Part shown: in pieces, positions 46,994 to 57,103 of the stretch
How the letters are laid out: every line of letters starts with the position of its first letter
Position numbering within the stretch: position 1 is the stretch's first letter
Source of the DNA: Verrucomicrobiia bacterium
GTDB lineage: Bacteria > Acidobacteriota > Terriglobia > Acidiferrales > UBA7541
NCBI GenBank assembly: GCA_035568155.1
Contig: DATMOS010000051.1
Span: 24,156 to 88,155 of the forward strand
Length of the DNA: 64,000 nt
Direction of reading: 5' to 3'
Made by a program: the position numbers and the translations under genes
The notes under the pieces: generated by a model
Seen by the model: the letters and a program-made list of their open reading frames with translations, nothing else
The model's database searches: none
Told to the model about the DNA's origin: nothing

Positions 46994-47502
46994 ATGTATT
47001 CTCCAGGCCTTCGAGTGAGATCTGACTGGAACCGGCCCGCAAGGTCCCAAGCTTGTTAAGTGTATATACCGTCCGGCGGACTGTAAACGTGATACAGAAA
47101 CGGAATTTAGCCCATATACCGTCAAACACCCCACGGTTGGCTTCAGTTCTGGATCGCCGTCTGCAATGGGTGCGCCCATTTGGGGTGCACGTCTAGTACC
47201 AGTCATGACCGACAGGCGATCCCTTTACAATGGCTAAGTACAAGATAAAAAGCAACTTACTATTTCCGCTTGCGTTTGACCACTGAATTATACGTTTTCT
47301 TTCTCACAAAGTGGCAACTTGTTGCCCGCTCCAGCCGAAACTGCCCGCTGCCCGAGGCATTAATCTTTATCTCAACTGACCACCGACGCGTAAGAATCCC
47401 TATCGCGCATCGAATGTATACTTTCCTTGGCGTTCTTGGATATTCGCGTGGTTCCGCGGGTTTTTACCCCGACGCCACGAGTTCAAGAGTTAGGAGCTTT
47501 TC

Positions 47503-49089
47503 GTGCAACGCGCTTTGTGGTTCGGATTCTTGCGCTCCTCGGAGAAATTCGCGGATCGATCAGCTTTATTTGCCGGAGGCAAGTTCCTCAAATACAGTGA
47601 GTTGCGCGCAGGGGCTTGCCGTGTCGCTGCGACTATCCAAGCGCATGTCGATCCCTCCGAAACAACTCTTACAGCAGTATTCGCTTATCGTAGCCCAACT
47701 GCCTTTATTGGCGTTCTTGGTTCATTACTGGCAGGTAATGGGTATGTGCCCTTAAACAGAACCTTTCCCATTGAACGAACGCAGGTGATGTTGGAGCGTT
47801 CCGGATGCCGCTCCATCATTGTCGATGAGGGTTCCCTCCCCCAGTTGAATAAGTTACTGGAGACCGCCTCGGCGCCCCTGCTCGTGCTGACTCCCGATGC
47901 TCTGGACTTCGCCTCCCACAAACAACAGTGGCCACAACACACTTTTCTTGTGGGTCACGAACTCAAGCCCGCTGAACTCTGGCGGGAGCCGGCTTTCGAA
48001 CTCGATTCCATCGCCTACCTCTTGTTTACTTCCGGCAGCACCGGCATTCCCAAGGGCGTAGCCGTAGCTCAGCGTAACGTCACCGCCTTTCTGGATTACA
48101 TGGTAGAACGCTACGAAATAACGGAATCCGACCGCCTGTCCCAGATGTTCGATATGACTTTCGATCTATCGGTCTTTGATATGTTTGTCGCCTGGGAACG
48201 TGGTGCTTGCGTATTTTGCCCCTCGCAAAAAACATTGATCAAACCCGGCAAATTCATCAAAGACTCGGAACTCACCATTTGGTTTTCGGTGCCCTCCACC
48301 GCTGTCTTTATGAGGCAGCTCGGCATGCTGAAGCCGGCCCAGTATCCCTCACTGCGTCTCAGCTTATTTTGCGGCGAACCACTACCGGTATCCTCGGCTA
48401 CTGCCTGGCTCGAAGCCGCGCCCAATTCCACATTGGAAAATCTTTACGGACCTACGGAACTCACCATCGCTTGTACCCTATACCGCTGGGATTCCTCGCG
48501 TTCCCCTGCCGAATCGGAATTGGGCATCGTCCCGATTGGCTATCCCTATCCCAATATGGGCGTTCTGGTCGTGGATGAAAACTTGCTTGAGGTTTCTCCG
48601 GGGCAGGAGGGCGAGCTCTTGATGAACGGTCCGCAGACCTCTCTCGGCTACTGGAAAGATCCGGTAAAAACGGCGGCGGCTTTCCTGATTCCCCCCGGCA
48701 AAAACGAAATCTACTATCGCACCGGCGATCGCGTTCGCCGCCCGTTGAGAAATGCCCCGCTAACGCACCTGGGCCGCATCGATTCTCAAGTCAAAATTTT
48801 TGGCCATCGCGTTGAACTCGGTGAAGTGGAATCAAAAGTCCGCGACGCTTGCGGATGTGATGGAGTTGTGGCCGTGGGATGGCCAAAGACCGATAGCGGT
48901 TTTGGTGGCGTTGAGGCCTTCATTGAAGGCCAGGAATTGGCTCTCGAAAATTTACGCAGTGCGGTAGCCAAAGATTTACCGGAATACATGGTTCCTCGGC
49001 GATTTCACTTCATGGACAGATTGCCCCGCAACGCGAATAATAAGTACGATCGTAAAGCCATGCAAAAATTGTTGGAAGAGGGCCTATGA
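47503..49089 (+). CDS. Stand-alone adenylation enzyme, DltA-like (D-alanine--carrier protein ligase-like)
   Basis: FTSGSTGIPKG, FDLSV, LFCGE, NLYGPTE, YRTGD, GHRVELGE and NNKYDRK; overlaps the ACP gene by 4 nt. Confidence 0.8.
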   Translation: MQRALWFGFLRSSEKFADRSALFAGGKFLKYSELRAGACRVAATIQAHVDPSETTLTAVFAYRSPTAFIGVLGSLLAGNGYVPLNRTFPIERTQVMLERSGCRSIIVDEGSLPQLNKLLETASAPLLVLTPDALDFASHKQQWPQHTFLVGHELKPAELWREPAFELDSIAYLLFTSGSTGIPKGVAVAQRNVTAFLDYMVERYEITESDRLSQMFDMTFDLSVFDMFVAWERGACVFCPSQKTLIKPGKFIKDSELTIWFSVPSTAVFMRQLGMLKPAQYPSLRLSLFCGEPLPVSSATAWLEAAPNSTLENLYGPTELTIACTLYRWDSSRSPAESELGIVPIGYPYPNMGVLVVDENLLEVSPGQEGELLMNGPQTSLGYWKDPVKTAAAFLIPPGKNEIYYRTGDRVRRPLRNAPLTHLGRIDSQVKIFGHRVELGEVESKVRDACGCDGVVAVGWPKTDSGFGGVEAFIEGQELALENLRSAVAKDLPEYMVPRRFHFMDRLPRNANNKYDRKAMQKLLEEGL

Positions 49090-49361
49090 ACGCGGCGACG
49101 CCGGATGGAGTTCAAGATTTTTTGCGGGAGTATGTAGCCAAGTATTTGCGCGGGCAAGGTCGTGAAGTTCCCGCTGATCTCTCCGACGATTGCGATCTTC
49201 TTCTTTCCGGATACGTCGACTCCCTCGGTTTACTGGAATTGATGACCGCCATCCAGGATCACTTCGGACGTGAAATCGATTTCGATGAGCTGGACGCCGA
49301 GCAAATGACCATTGTGGGCCCCCTGAAAAGATTCGTCGCCGAAAAGCTCGTAAAACCCTGA
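49086..49361 (+). CDS. Carrier protein (DltC-like ACP)
   Basis: LLLSGYVDSLGLLEL motif; coupled to the adenylation gene. Confidence 0.85.
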   Translation: MNAATPDGVQDFLREYVAKYLRGQGREVPADLSDDCDLLLSGYVDSLGLLELMTAIQDHFGREIDFDELDAEQMTIVGPLKRFVAEKLVKP

Positions 49362-49511
49362 ATATGAATCAGTTGGCAACAACTTCGGGATTTCATCTGT
49401 GAACATTCACGCGGTATCGAGGCCTTAACTTACCGGCACAATCAGGCCTGCTCGCCAGTCCCTACTAATTTTCAATAGGCTATAATTCCATGGTCAGTCC
49501 CGGAGTTTCTG

Positions 49512-50513
49512 TTGACCGAAATTTCACCCGCGGTTAAAGCGCCTCGCTTATCCATCGAGAATTTCCGGGGCGACTTCACGCAACTGGCTTCCTTGATGCA
49601 GGCCTCCTGGGCTGAAAATTCCGGCCGGTCGTTGTTGTACACCTCGGAATTCCTATCCTCTTGTTTCGAGTACCCCGGGATGGGCTTTTCCATGGCGCCC
49701 GCCATCTACGTTGAATCCAAACCCGTGGCTTTTGTGGCTGGTTTTCCGCGGCTTGTGAGATTTAACGGCCGCAATCAAAAAATCATTGTCATCACATTCT
49801 TAACCGTCTTGCCCGAGTACAAAAAAAAAGGTTTGGGAATCATCGTTTGGAGTGAGCTCGTTAATCGCGCCCGCGCCGCCGGTTTTGACGGCATGGTGAA
49901 CTATTGCGTGGATGGCGAACCGATGAATGCCATGATCGTAGGCAGTTGCAAGCGGCTCAAATTGCCTGTCGCGCGCATTTATTCCACACGCTACATGTCG
50001 ACCGTTTTGCGTTCTGCTAATCACAGCCATAGTTCGAATGACAACAATCTGGCTGCCGACATGTTTCTCGGCTTGGCCGCTCCATTACCCGACAGTCAAC
50101 CTTTTGCGCGCGCATGGTCCAAGCCCGAAGCCGAATGGCAATGTATTCGCCGCGCTCAGCCCATCACAGAAACTCTTTCCGCAGGGGGCCACTCCGGCTT
50201 GCTTACCGGTTACATCATGTCCATATCCGATAAAGCGCACACCAAGTGTCTTCTGATCGAAGATATTCTTTGGGGTACTTTGACAACCGAAGATCGGCAA
50301 ACTCTCCTTCAAGAATTTCTGAAAAAAGCGGCCAACGCGGGTGTTCGGTTGGCAACTGTTCCGGTGTTGGGTTATGCCAACATGGAGCCTTTCAAGAAAG
50401 CGCGATTTCAAAGTACTCGCCGTGTTCTGCACGCTTATCTGACGCTGTGGTCCGCAGGGCACGCAGATCTTCCAGTCGAGCCTCTACCATCGATGTATCT
50501 GGATGTTTTTTGA
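49512..50513 (+). CDS. GNAT-family acyltransferase (two-domain)
   Basis: FLTVLPEYKKKGLG motif A; lies between ACP and FkbH genes. Confidence 0.7.
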   Translation: MTEISPAVKAPRLSIENFRGDFTQLASLMQASWAENSGRSLLYTSEFLSSCFEYPGMGFSMAPAIYVESKPVAFVAGFPRLVRFNGRNQKIIVITFLTVLPEYKKKGLGIIVWSELVNRARAAGFDGMVNYCVDGEPMNAMIVGSCKRLKLPVARIYSTRYMSTVLRSANHSHSSNDNNLAADMFLGLAAPLPDSQPFARAWSKPEAEWQCIRRAQPITETLSAGGHSGLLTGYIMSISDKAHTKCLLIEDILWGTLTTEDRQTLLQEFLKKAANAGVRLATVPVLGYANMEPFKKARFQSTRRVLHAYLTLWSAGHADLPVEPLPSMYLDVF

Positions 50514-50558
50514 GATTTAAAATACGGAATGCGAACGAACTAATGAATTAAGGCGGTC

Positions 50559-52289
50559 ATGAACCTTATCGAAGCTCTGGAAATTTCGCGAAAACCTGTT
50601 GCGCAAGACGCCAAATTACTGCGCGTTTTTCTCGCTTGCGGCTTCACCCCGCTGCATTTGCAAAACTTTTTGTCCGCTCACCTGCGTCAGCAGTTCCTAG
50701 ACAATCGCATCGAGATTAAAACCGGTCTGTTCGGCGATTTAGCTGGCTCGTTAGAACGGCTTGACGCTAAAGGTTACGACGGAACTGCGGTCGCGTTGGA
50801 GTGGCCTGACTTCGATTCCCGTTTGGGCATTCGCGAACTGGGTGGCTGGCAGGTTTCCGATGTCCGCGAAGTCATTTCTTCCGTGGATCGTCAGCTCTCT
50901 CGTTTGCAGCGCGCCCTAAAAACAGCAGCGCGCTCAGCGCCGGTCGTGGTTTCCTTGCCCACCCTTCCATTGCCGCCGTTGTTCTACACTCCTCCAAATA
51001 TAAACAGTGCGGAAAAAACAAAATTGCTCCTATCCCTCGCAAAATTTGCGGCGGATCTCTCCGAAGAGTCCGGCATTCGAACTGTCGATTCACACGCCTT
51101 AGATTCCGTATCTCCACCGGCTGCTCGCTTTGATATCAAATCAGAAATTCTCAGCGGCTTTCCCTACAAGTTGCCTCACGCTTCGGCGCTCGCCCAATCG
51201 TTGGCCTCATTGCTGCAAGCGCGAAGTCCCAAAAAAGGCTTAATCACCGACTTGGATGACACCCTGTGGTCCGGGATTCTTGGTGAAGTTGGCGTGGATG
51301 GTGTCAATTGGAGTCTCGAGCATCACAGCCATATTCACGGCTTATACCAGCAATTTCTCTCCTCGCTCGCAAGTGCCGGCGTTCTTGTTGGTGTCGCCAG
51401 TAAAAATGATGCTGCCCTTGTCCAGCAAGCCTTCGATCGCAAGGATTTGTTTCTCAAAAAAGAAAATGTTTTCCCCTTCGAAGTGCACTGGCACCGCAAA
51501 TCCGATTCCGTGCAGCGCATTTTGAAATCCTGGAATATCGGCCCGGAAGCGGTGGTTTTTATCGATGACAGCCCCATGGAGGCCGCGGAAGTAAAAGCCG
51601 CATTTCCCTCAATGGAATGTTTGGTCTTCAAAAAAGATGACTACCAGTCCGTGTGGGATTTGCTCGCGAATCTTCGCGCAGCTTTCGGCAAGACCGCTAT
51701 TTCCAAGGAAGACACGATTCGCCTTGAAAGTTTGCGTAGCGCGGCGCCCTTGCTCGATGCCTTGGGTCAGGATGGCAACGCCTCCGACGAGTTTTTGAAA
51801 CGCGCCGACGCTTTTGTTTCATTTGATTTCACCAAGCGCCCCAAAGACGGTCGGGCCTTCGAATTGGTCAACAAAACAAATCAATTCAATTTGAATGGCA
51901 AACGTTTCAGCGAATCGGAGTGGACCAAATTCCTCGCCGACCCCGCCAGCTTCCTGGTTACCGTCACCTATCAGGATAAATACGGCCCGCTAGGCAAGAT
52001 CGCCGTCTTGTTAGGCAAGGTTCACGAAAAGAGACTGCACATTTCCGCTTGGGTGATGAGTTGCCGCGCTTTTTCGCGCCGCATCGAACACCACAGCCTC
52101 AAGAGGCTTTTCGATAAATTTGACGCCGACGAAGCAGTTTTCGATTTTCAGTCCACCGAAAGAAATGGGCCAACGCAGGATTTTTTTCTGGAATTAGTCG
52201 GCGACCCGCCGCAGCCCGGTCTAAAAATATCGCGCGCCTCGTTTCAGGAAAAGGCCCCGCCCCTGTTTCACCGTGTGGAGGAAGTGTAG
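50559..52289 (+). CDS. Stand-alone FkbH-like HAD-IIIC glyceryl transferase/phosphatase
   Basis: DLDDTLW, ASKND, FIDD, KTNQFN, DKYG and MSCRA motifs. Confidence 0.9.
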   Translation: MNLIEALEISRKPVAQDAKLLRVFLACGFTPLHLQNFLSAHLRQQFLDNRIEIKTGLFGDLAGSLERLDAKGYDGTAVALEWPDFDSRLGIRELGGWQVSDVREVISSVDRQLSRLQRALKTAARSAPVVVSLPTLPLPPLFYTPPNINSAEKTKLLLSLAKFAADLSEESGIRTVDSHALDSVSPPAARFDIKSEILSGFPYKLPHASALAQSLASLLQARSPKKGLITDLDDTLWSGILGEVGVDGVNWSLEHHSHIHGLYQQFLSSLASAGVLVGVASKNDAALVQQAFDRKDLFLKKENVFPFEVHWHRKSDSVQRILKSWNIGPEAVVFIDDSPMEAAEVKAAFPSMECLVFKKDDYQSVWDLLANLRAAFGKTAISKEDTIRLESLRSAAPLLDALGQDGNASDEFLKRADAFVSFDFTKRPKDGRAFELVNKTNQFNLNGKRFSESEWTKFLADPASFLVTVTYQDKYGPLGKIAVLLGKVHEKRLHISAWVMSCRAFSRRIEHHSLKRLFDKFDADEAVFDFQSTERNGPTQDFFLELVGDPPQPGLKISRASFQEKAPPLFHRVEEV

Positions 52290-52526
52290 ATGCCTGAATT
52301 GGATGATCGCCTGACCCGCTGTTTCGCTTCGGTATTTCCGACGCTTCGGCCCGATCAAATTCACTCGGCCAGCGTGCACACCGTCCCGGCCTGGGACTCA
52401 TTGGCCGCCGTCACGCTGATCGCTATATTGGAGCAGGAATTCGATACTCAAATCGACTTGATGGAAATGCCAGAACTGACCTCTTATCAAGCAGTCCACG
52501 ATTACCTGCAAAGACAAATCAAATAG
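52290..52526 (+). CDS. Acyl carrier protein paired with FkbH
   Basis: WDSL motif; starts immediately after the FkbH stop. Confidence 0.88.
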   Translation: MPELDDRLTRCFASVFPTLRPDQIHSASVHTVPAWDSLAAVTLIAILEQEFDTQIDLMEMPELTSYQAVHDYLQRQIK

Positions 52527-52569
52527 CGGCGTCAGCGTTCATTCTAACCTCTAATCTCGAACCTCCAAT

Positions 52570-55500
52570 TCAATCTCGCACCTCTACTTCCGCACTAAAA
52601 TAAGTGCAGTCCGGATGCTGAAACACCAGCGCACTGACACTCGCTTCCGGATCCATCATGAAACCTTCTGTCAATTGCACCCCAATTTCTTCCGGCTTAA
52701 GCAGTTGCCACAATCCAACCTGATCCTCCAGGTTTGGACACGCCGGATATCCAAAGCTGTAGCGCTTCCCGCGGTACCGTGAAGTGAATCGTTGCGCCAT
52801 CGTCAAATCCGGCGGATCAGGAAAGCCCCAATCCTCCCGTATTCTTCGATGCAACCACTCCGCGCAAGCCTCCGCCGATTCAATCGCCAGCGCCTGCAAA
52901 CCGTGCGACTTGAAGTAATATCCGTCGTTCTTGGCTTTTTCTGAACGTTCCCGCACGCCTTCGCCCGCGGTCACCACAAACAACGCCAGGTGATCCCGTT
53001 TCCCGTCCCGTGTCGGCAAAATGTAATCGCTCAAACAGAGTTGGTCGCCCACCCGTTGCCGCGGAAATTGAAACGTATGCAGCGCTTTACTCTCGCCGGG
53101 AGCAAACAACTGAATGGAATTGCCTTCCGCCTCAGCCTCAAAGAATTGCCACACCGCGCGCACCTTCATGAACTGCGCCGCTTCCTCCTTCACTTCCTCC
53201 ATGCTTTCGTACAACTCCACAGCTTTCGCCTCGCGCTCCGCAAAGCGCTTCACGAAGTCTCCGCGAAAACCCATATGCCGGCCATACAACATATAAGGAT
53301 TGATGTAGCTCCAAATATCTCTCAAATCTGGAACCAATCGAACCTTGCGCTCCAGCGTCGCAACCTCCGCTATCGGCAAATCCGCGCGAACTTTTAATGA
53401 CCGTGTTACCGCGGGCTTGGCATTCACCACCACCGTCGTCGTCACACTGACGCCATTCCCGGAGAACGTATGCTGGTGCATCACCTCATCGCGAGTGCAC
53501 GGATCCATCAACTCGTTCATCAACCGCAATCCGGTCATCGCATCCTTGGCATAAAAAACCGCTTGGCCATAAGTCGGCCCTATTTTGTTTTGCGTATATT
53601 TTGCGGAGAGCGCCGCGCCTCCCACCAACAAAGGCACCATGATCCCTGCATCTTTCAAATCGTTGGCAGTGATCACCATCTGTTGCGCGCTCTTCACCAG
53701 CAACCCAGACAGCCCAATCGCATCAGGTTGATGCTGTTTATAAGCCTTGATCAATTCTTCGGGCGGAACCTTGATACCCAGGTTCACAACGTCGTATCCG
53801 TTGTTCTTGAAAATAATCTCCACCAGATTTTTGCCGATGTCGTGCACATCTCCCTTCACCGTGGCCAGCACCACCTTGCCGCGCTTCGCGGTATCCGCCT
53901 TTTCCATGAATTGCTCAAGGTGACTCACCGCCGCTTTCATCGCTTCCGCGGATTGCAACACCTCCGCCACGATCAGCTCGTTCGCGTTAAACAGCCGCCC
54001 CACTTCCGCCATTCCCGCCATCAGCGGCCCATTCACGATATCCAGCGGCGCCGTTCCTTCGCCGCGTTTACGTTCCAGATCGTCCACTAATCCGTCGCGC
54101 GTGCCTTCAATAATGTAATTAGCCAGGCGTTCATCTAGTGGCAAGTCCGCCGCGCTGATTTTTTGCTTCTTGGTCGCGGTCCGGAAGTGTTCCGCAATGG
54201 CCGCAATGTAGTATTGGTTGACCGCCGCTTTTTGCGCTTTACTTTGCTGGCGCCAATCTTTCGGAACGTTTGCCAAAAGTGCGGTCTGTGGATGCTCCGC
54301 CGGCACATTCGTCGGCGGATGCGAAAACAATAAATTCTCCGCCAGTCGTCTCTCGTGCTCCGGAATCGAAGCAAACCGCTCCAGCTTTTCCGTATTCACG
54401 ATCGCCAGATCGAGGCCCGCCTTGGTGCAGTAATAAAGAAAAACCGAATTAACAACCTCGCGCGCGCCAGGCGGCAATCCAAAAGACACATTGGATATCC
54501 CCAATATCGTTCGCGTATCCGGCAAGGCCTGCTTGATTAATCGAATCCCTTCAACCGTCTCAACCGCACCACCAATATAATTTTCATCTCCGGTCGCACA
54601 GGGAAACACCAGCGGATCAAAAATAATGTCTTCCGGTCCTAAGCCATATTTCTCCGTCAGGAGTTTGTAGCTGCGTTGCGCAATCGCCAATTTGCGCTCG
54701 CGCGTAAACGCTTGCGCCTGCTCTTTGTCTTCATCAATGCAGCCGACCACCACGGCCGCTCCAAAATCGTGAGCCAGCGGCACCACTCGTTCGAATTTCT
54801 CTTCGCCATCCTCCAGGTTGATGGAATTAATAATCGATTTGCCTTGGCAATACGTCAGCGCAATCTCAATCGCCGATGGATCGGTGGTATCGATCATCAC
54901 CGGCGTCTTCACCTTGCGAATCAATTTTTCGTAAAACGGCTCAATATCTTTTTTCTCATCCCGCTCCGTGCTTTGCAGGCATACGTCCACAATGTGCGCG
55001 CCGCCGCGAACCTGCCGCCGCGCCACTTCGCTAGCTTCTTCCCACTTTTCTTCGGCAACCAAATTTTTGAACAATCGCGAGCCAATCACGTTGGTTCGCT
55101 CACCCACCAGCAATGGCCGTGTTTGCTCATCCGCTTCGATGGTTTCAATCCCCGAATAAATCGCGCGGTGCGTTTCCGCCGGCCGTTGCCTTGGCTTCTT
55201 GCCTTCCACCATCTGCGCAATCGCCCGGATGTGTTTTTCCGTCGTTCCGCAGCACCCGCCAATAAAGTTCAACCACCCCTGATCAACAAATTTTTCCAGT
55301 TGCGCAGCCAGCGTCGTCGGCGTTTCAAGGTATTTGCCTTCTTCATCTGGCAAGCCGGCATTTGGATAGCACGACACATACGCATCCGTCAGTTGGCTTA
55401 GCGTGCGGATGTGGTCGGTCATGAACTCCGGCCCGGTTGCACAGTTCATTCCGAACGCCAATGGCTTGGCGTGCCGCAACGACGCCCACAAAGCCTCAAC

Positions 55501-56136
55501 CGTCTGCCCGGCTAGCATGCTGCCCATCGGCTCAATGGTGACCGACACAATAAAGGGAACCTGCGTGCCGATTTCTTTGGAAAGTTGCTGAATCGCCAGA
55601 ATCGCCGCTTTAATGTTTCGCGTGTCCTGGCAGGTTTCTACCAGCAGCAGGTCCACGCCGCCTTCCACCAATCCATGCGCTTGGGTGTAGTAAGCGCTCC
55701 GCAACTCCTCAAACGTTACGCCACCCGTCACGGTAATAGCCTTGGTCGTTGGCCCCATGGCTCCCGCTACGAATCGCGGCTTCCCGCCGGTACTCAGTTC
55801 ATCGGCGGCCTGCCGCGCCAACTCCGCCGAAAGTTTATTCAATGAATGCGCGTCAGCGGATAATCCGTATTCCGCAAGCACAATGGGCGCCCCACCGAAG
55901 CTGTTAGTTTCGACAATGTCGGAGCCCGCCTCAAAATATTTTCTGTGAATGTCCAGAACGACGTCTGGCCGCGTGCGAACTAAATTCTCATTGCAGCCCT
56001 CTAGCGCTGCTCCGCCGAAGTCTTCCGCGGTCAGGTCGCGCTGCTGCAGCATGGTGCCCATCGCGCCATCGAGCACCAGGATTCGCTGCGAAAGTAACTC
56101 CCGCAGAGCTTGCGCCGATTTGGTGAAATCTCGCAT
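52570..56136 (-). CDS. metH: Cobalamin-dependent methionine synthase
   Basis: LDGAMGT, GGCCGT, VGERTN, DVHDIG (B12-binding) and RYSFGYPACP motifs. Confidence 0.97.
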   Translation of the reverse strand: MRDFTKSAQALRELLSQRILVLDGAMGTMLQQRDLTAEDFGGAALEGCNENLVRTRPDVVLDIHRKYFEAGSDIVETNSFGGAPIVLAEYGLSADAHSLNKLSAELARQAADELSTGGKPRFVAGAMGPTTKAITVTGGVTFEELRSAYYTQAHGLVEGGVDLLLVETCQDTRNIKAAILAIQQLSKEIGTQVPFIVSVTIEPMGSMLAGQTVEALWASLRHAKPLAFGMNCATGPEFMTDHIRTLSQLTDAYVSCYPNAGLPDEEGKYLETPTTLAAQLEKFVDQGWLNFIGGCCGTTEKHIRAIAQMVEGKKPRQRPAETHRAIYSGIETIEADEQTRPLLVGERTNVIGSRLFKNLVAEEKWEEASEVARRQVRGGAHIVDVCLQSTERDEKKDIEPFYEKLIRKVKTPVMIDTTDPSAIEIALTYCQGKSIINSINLEDGEEKFERVVPLAHDFGAAVVVGCIDEDKEQAQAFTRERKLAIAQRSYKLLTEKYGLGPEDIIFDPLVFPCATGDENYIGGAVETVEGIRLIKQALPDTRTILGISNVSFGLPPGAREVVNSVFLYYCTKAGLDLAIVNTEKLERFASIPEHERRLAENLLFSHPPTNVPAEHPQTALLANVPKDWRQQSKAQKAAVNQYYIAAIAEHFRTATKKQKISAADLPLDERLANYIIEGTRDGLVDDLERKRGEGTAPLDIVNGPLMAGMAEVGRLFNANELIVAEVLQSAEAMKAAVSHLEQFMEKADTAKRGKVVLATVKGDVHDIGKNLVEIIFKNNGYDVVNLGIKVPPEELIKAYKQHQPDAIGLSGLLVKSAQQMVITANDLKDAGIMVPLLVGGAALSAKYTQNKIGPTYGQAVFYAKDAMTGLRLMNELMDPCTRDEVMHQHTFSGNGVSVTTTVVVNAKPAVTRSLKVRADLPIAEVATLERKVRLVPDLRDIWSYINPYMLYGRHMGFRGDFVKRFAEREAKAVELYESMEEVKEEAAQFMKVRAVWQFFEAEAEGNSIQLFAPGESKALHTFQFPRQRVGDQLCLSDYILPTRDGKRDHLALFVVTAGEGVRERSEKAKNDGYYFKSHGLQALAIESAEACAEWLHRRIREDWGFPDPPDLTMAQRFTSRYRGKRYSFGYPACPNLEDQVGLWQLLKPEEIGVQLTEGFMMDPEASVSALVFQHPDCTYFSAEVEVRD

Positions 56137-56371
56137 CTTGTCTTTAAGAGTGTGTCCTTTAGAGGTGTGCGCCGTACTTTTATTTTACCCGCGTTCATCA
56201 CAGGAACCGAATCCCATGCATTAAACGCCCGTTTTATGCCCCTGAACGGCGATTCTCCCTTGCCGGTCACCAGCCTATTTGAGGCAAAATGCTTCGTAGC
56301 CGTTACGTAACGGTTCAAGAACACTAGTTGTCAATAGCCTTGCCCCTGGTCCCGGTTTTCACTACGCTGCA

Positions 56372-57103
56372 ATGAGGCAAACCGTGACTAGGCAAACCCT
56401 AACTAGACAAACTGTGGCTAGGCAAACTGTGGCTACCAAACGGTCAACTCCCAAACTAAGCGTCTGCATCCTCTCGCCCCACCCGCTGGTGCTGGGCGAA
56501 TTTGAACGCATTCTTGCCAAAGCAGACTTCAAAGTTATTTCCACTCAACTGGAATCGACCTTGGCTCCCGACCTTCGCAGCTTTGAGCCTCCCGCCGCGC
56601 AGGTCTATGTCATCGATGCGCACGCCTCCAAGCCTGCAACCGGCGCTCTCCTGGCCAACCTGATGGAACGCTTTCCGGAAGCCCGTCTGATCGTTGTGGG
56701 TGAACAACACAATGAAGCCAACAGCTACGCGCTGCTTCGTCTCGGTGTTAAAGGCCTGTTGACCTACGCGGAAGCCCGCGAACAACTCACGCGAGCCTTG
56801 CCCTTGGTCGCCATCGGTGGCTTCTGGGTGCCCCGTCAACTTCTTTCCGGCTTCGTGGACTCCATACTTACCGGGCAGGGCCGCCGCCTCAAATCCGACT
56901 CCGTCACCAATTTGAGCCGCCGCGAACAGGAAGTTCTCGATTCTCTGCTCGAAAATCTTTCCAACAAAGAAATTGGCAGCCGTCTGAACATTGCCGAGCG
57001 CACCGTAAAATTTCACGTTTCCAATTTGCTCAGCAAATTTGGCGTCCGCCGCCGCGCTGACCTCATCCTCCTGACCTTCCAGCGCCGCATGGCCCAAAGC
57101 TAG
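56372..57103 (+). CDS. LuxR/NarL-family regulator with atypical receiver domain
   Basis: C-terminal HTH LSRREQEVL...SNKEI...IAERTVKFHVSNLL; receiver begins CILSPH rather than an acidic DD pair. Confidence 0.85.
   Translation: MRQTVTRQTLTRQTVARQTVATKRSTPKLSVCILSPHPLVLGEFERILAKADFKVISTQLESTLAPDLRSFEPPAAQVYVIDAHASKPATGALLANLMERFPEARLIVVGEQHNEANSYALLRLGVKGLLTYAEAREQLTRALPLVAIGGFWVPRQLLSGFVDSILTGQGRRLKSDSVTNLSRREQEVLDSLLENLSNKEIGSRLNIAERTVKFHVSNLLSKFGVRRRADLILLTFQRRMAQS
56375..56434 (+). repeat. 15-bp tandem repeat, 4 copies
   Basis: aggcaaaccgtgact / aggcaaaccctaact / agacaaactgtggct / aggcaaactgtggct, encoding RQTVT-RQTLT-RQTVA-RQTVA. Confidence 0.9.

Noticed and set aside
46994-47755. N-terminal extension of the Wza ORF and ORF 47270..47755
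   Set aside because: No protein-like motifs; better read as the divergent promoter region plus overlap with the ligase gene.
56137-56371. Possible SAM, SAH or cobalamin riboswitch upstream of metH
   Set aside because: No conserved core motifs recognised by eye; an Rfam scan would be needed.
56375-56434. Repeat array as a possible CRISPR
   Set aside because: 15-bp head-to-tail units without spacers, and no cas genes.
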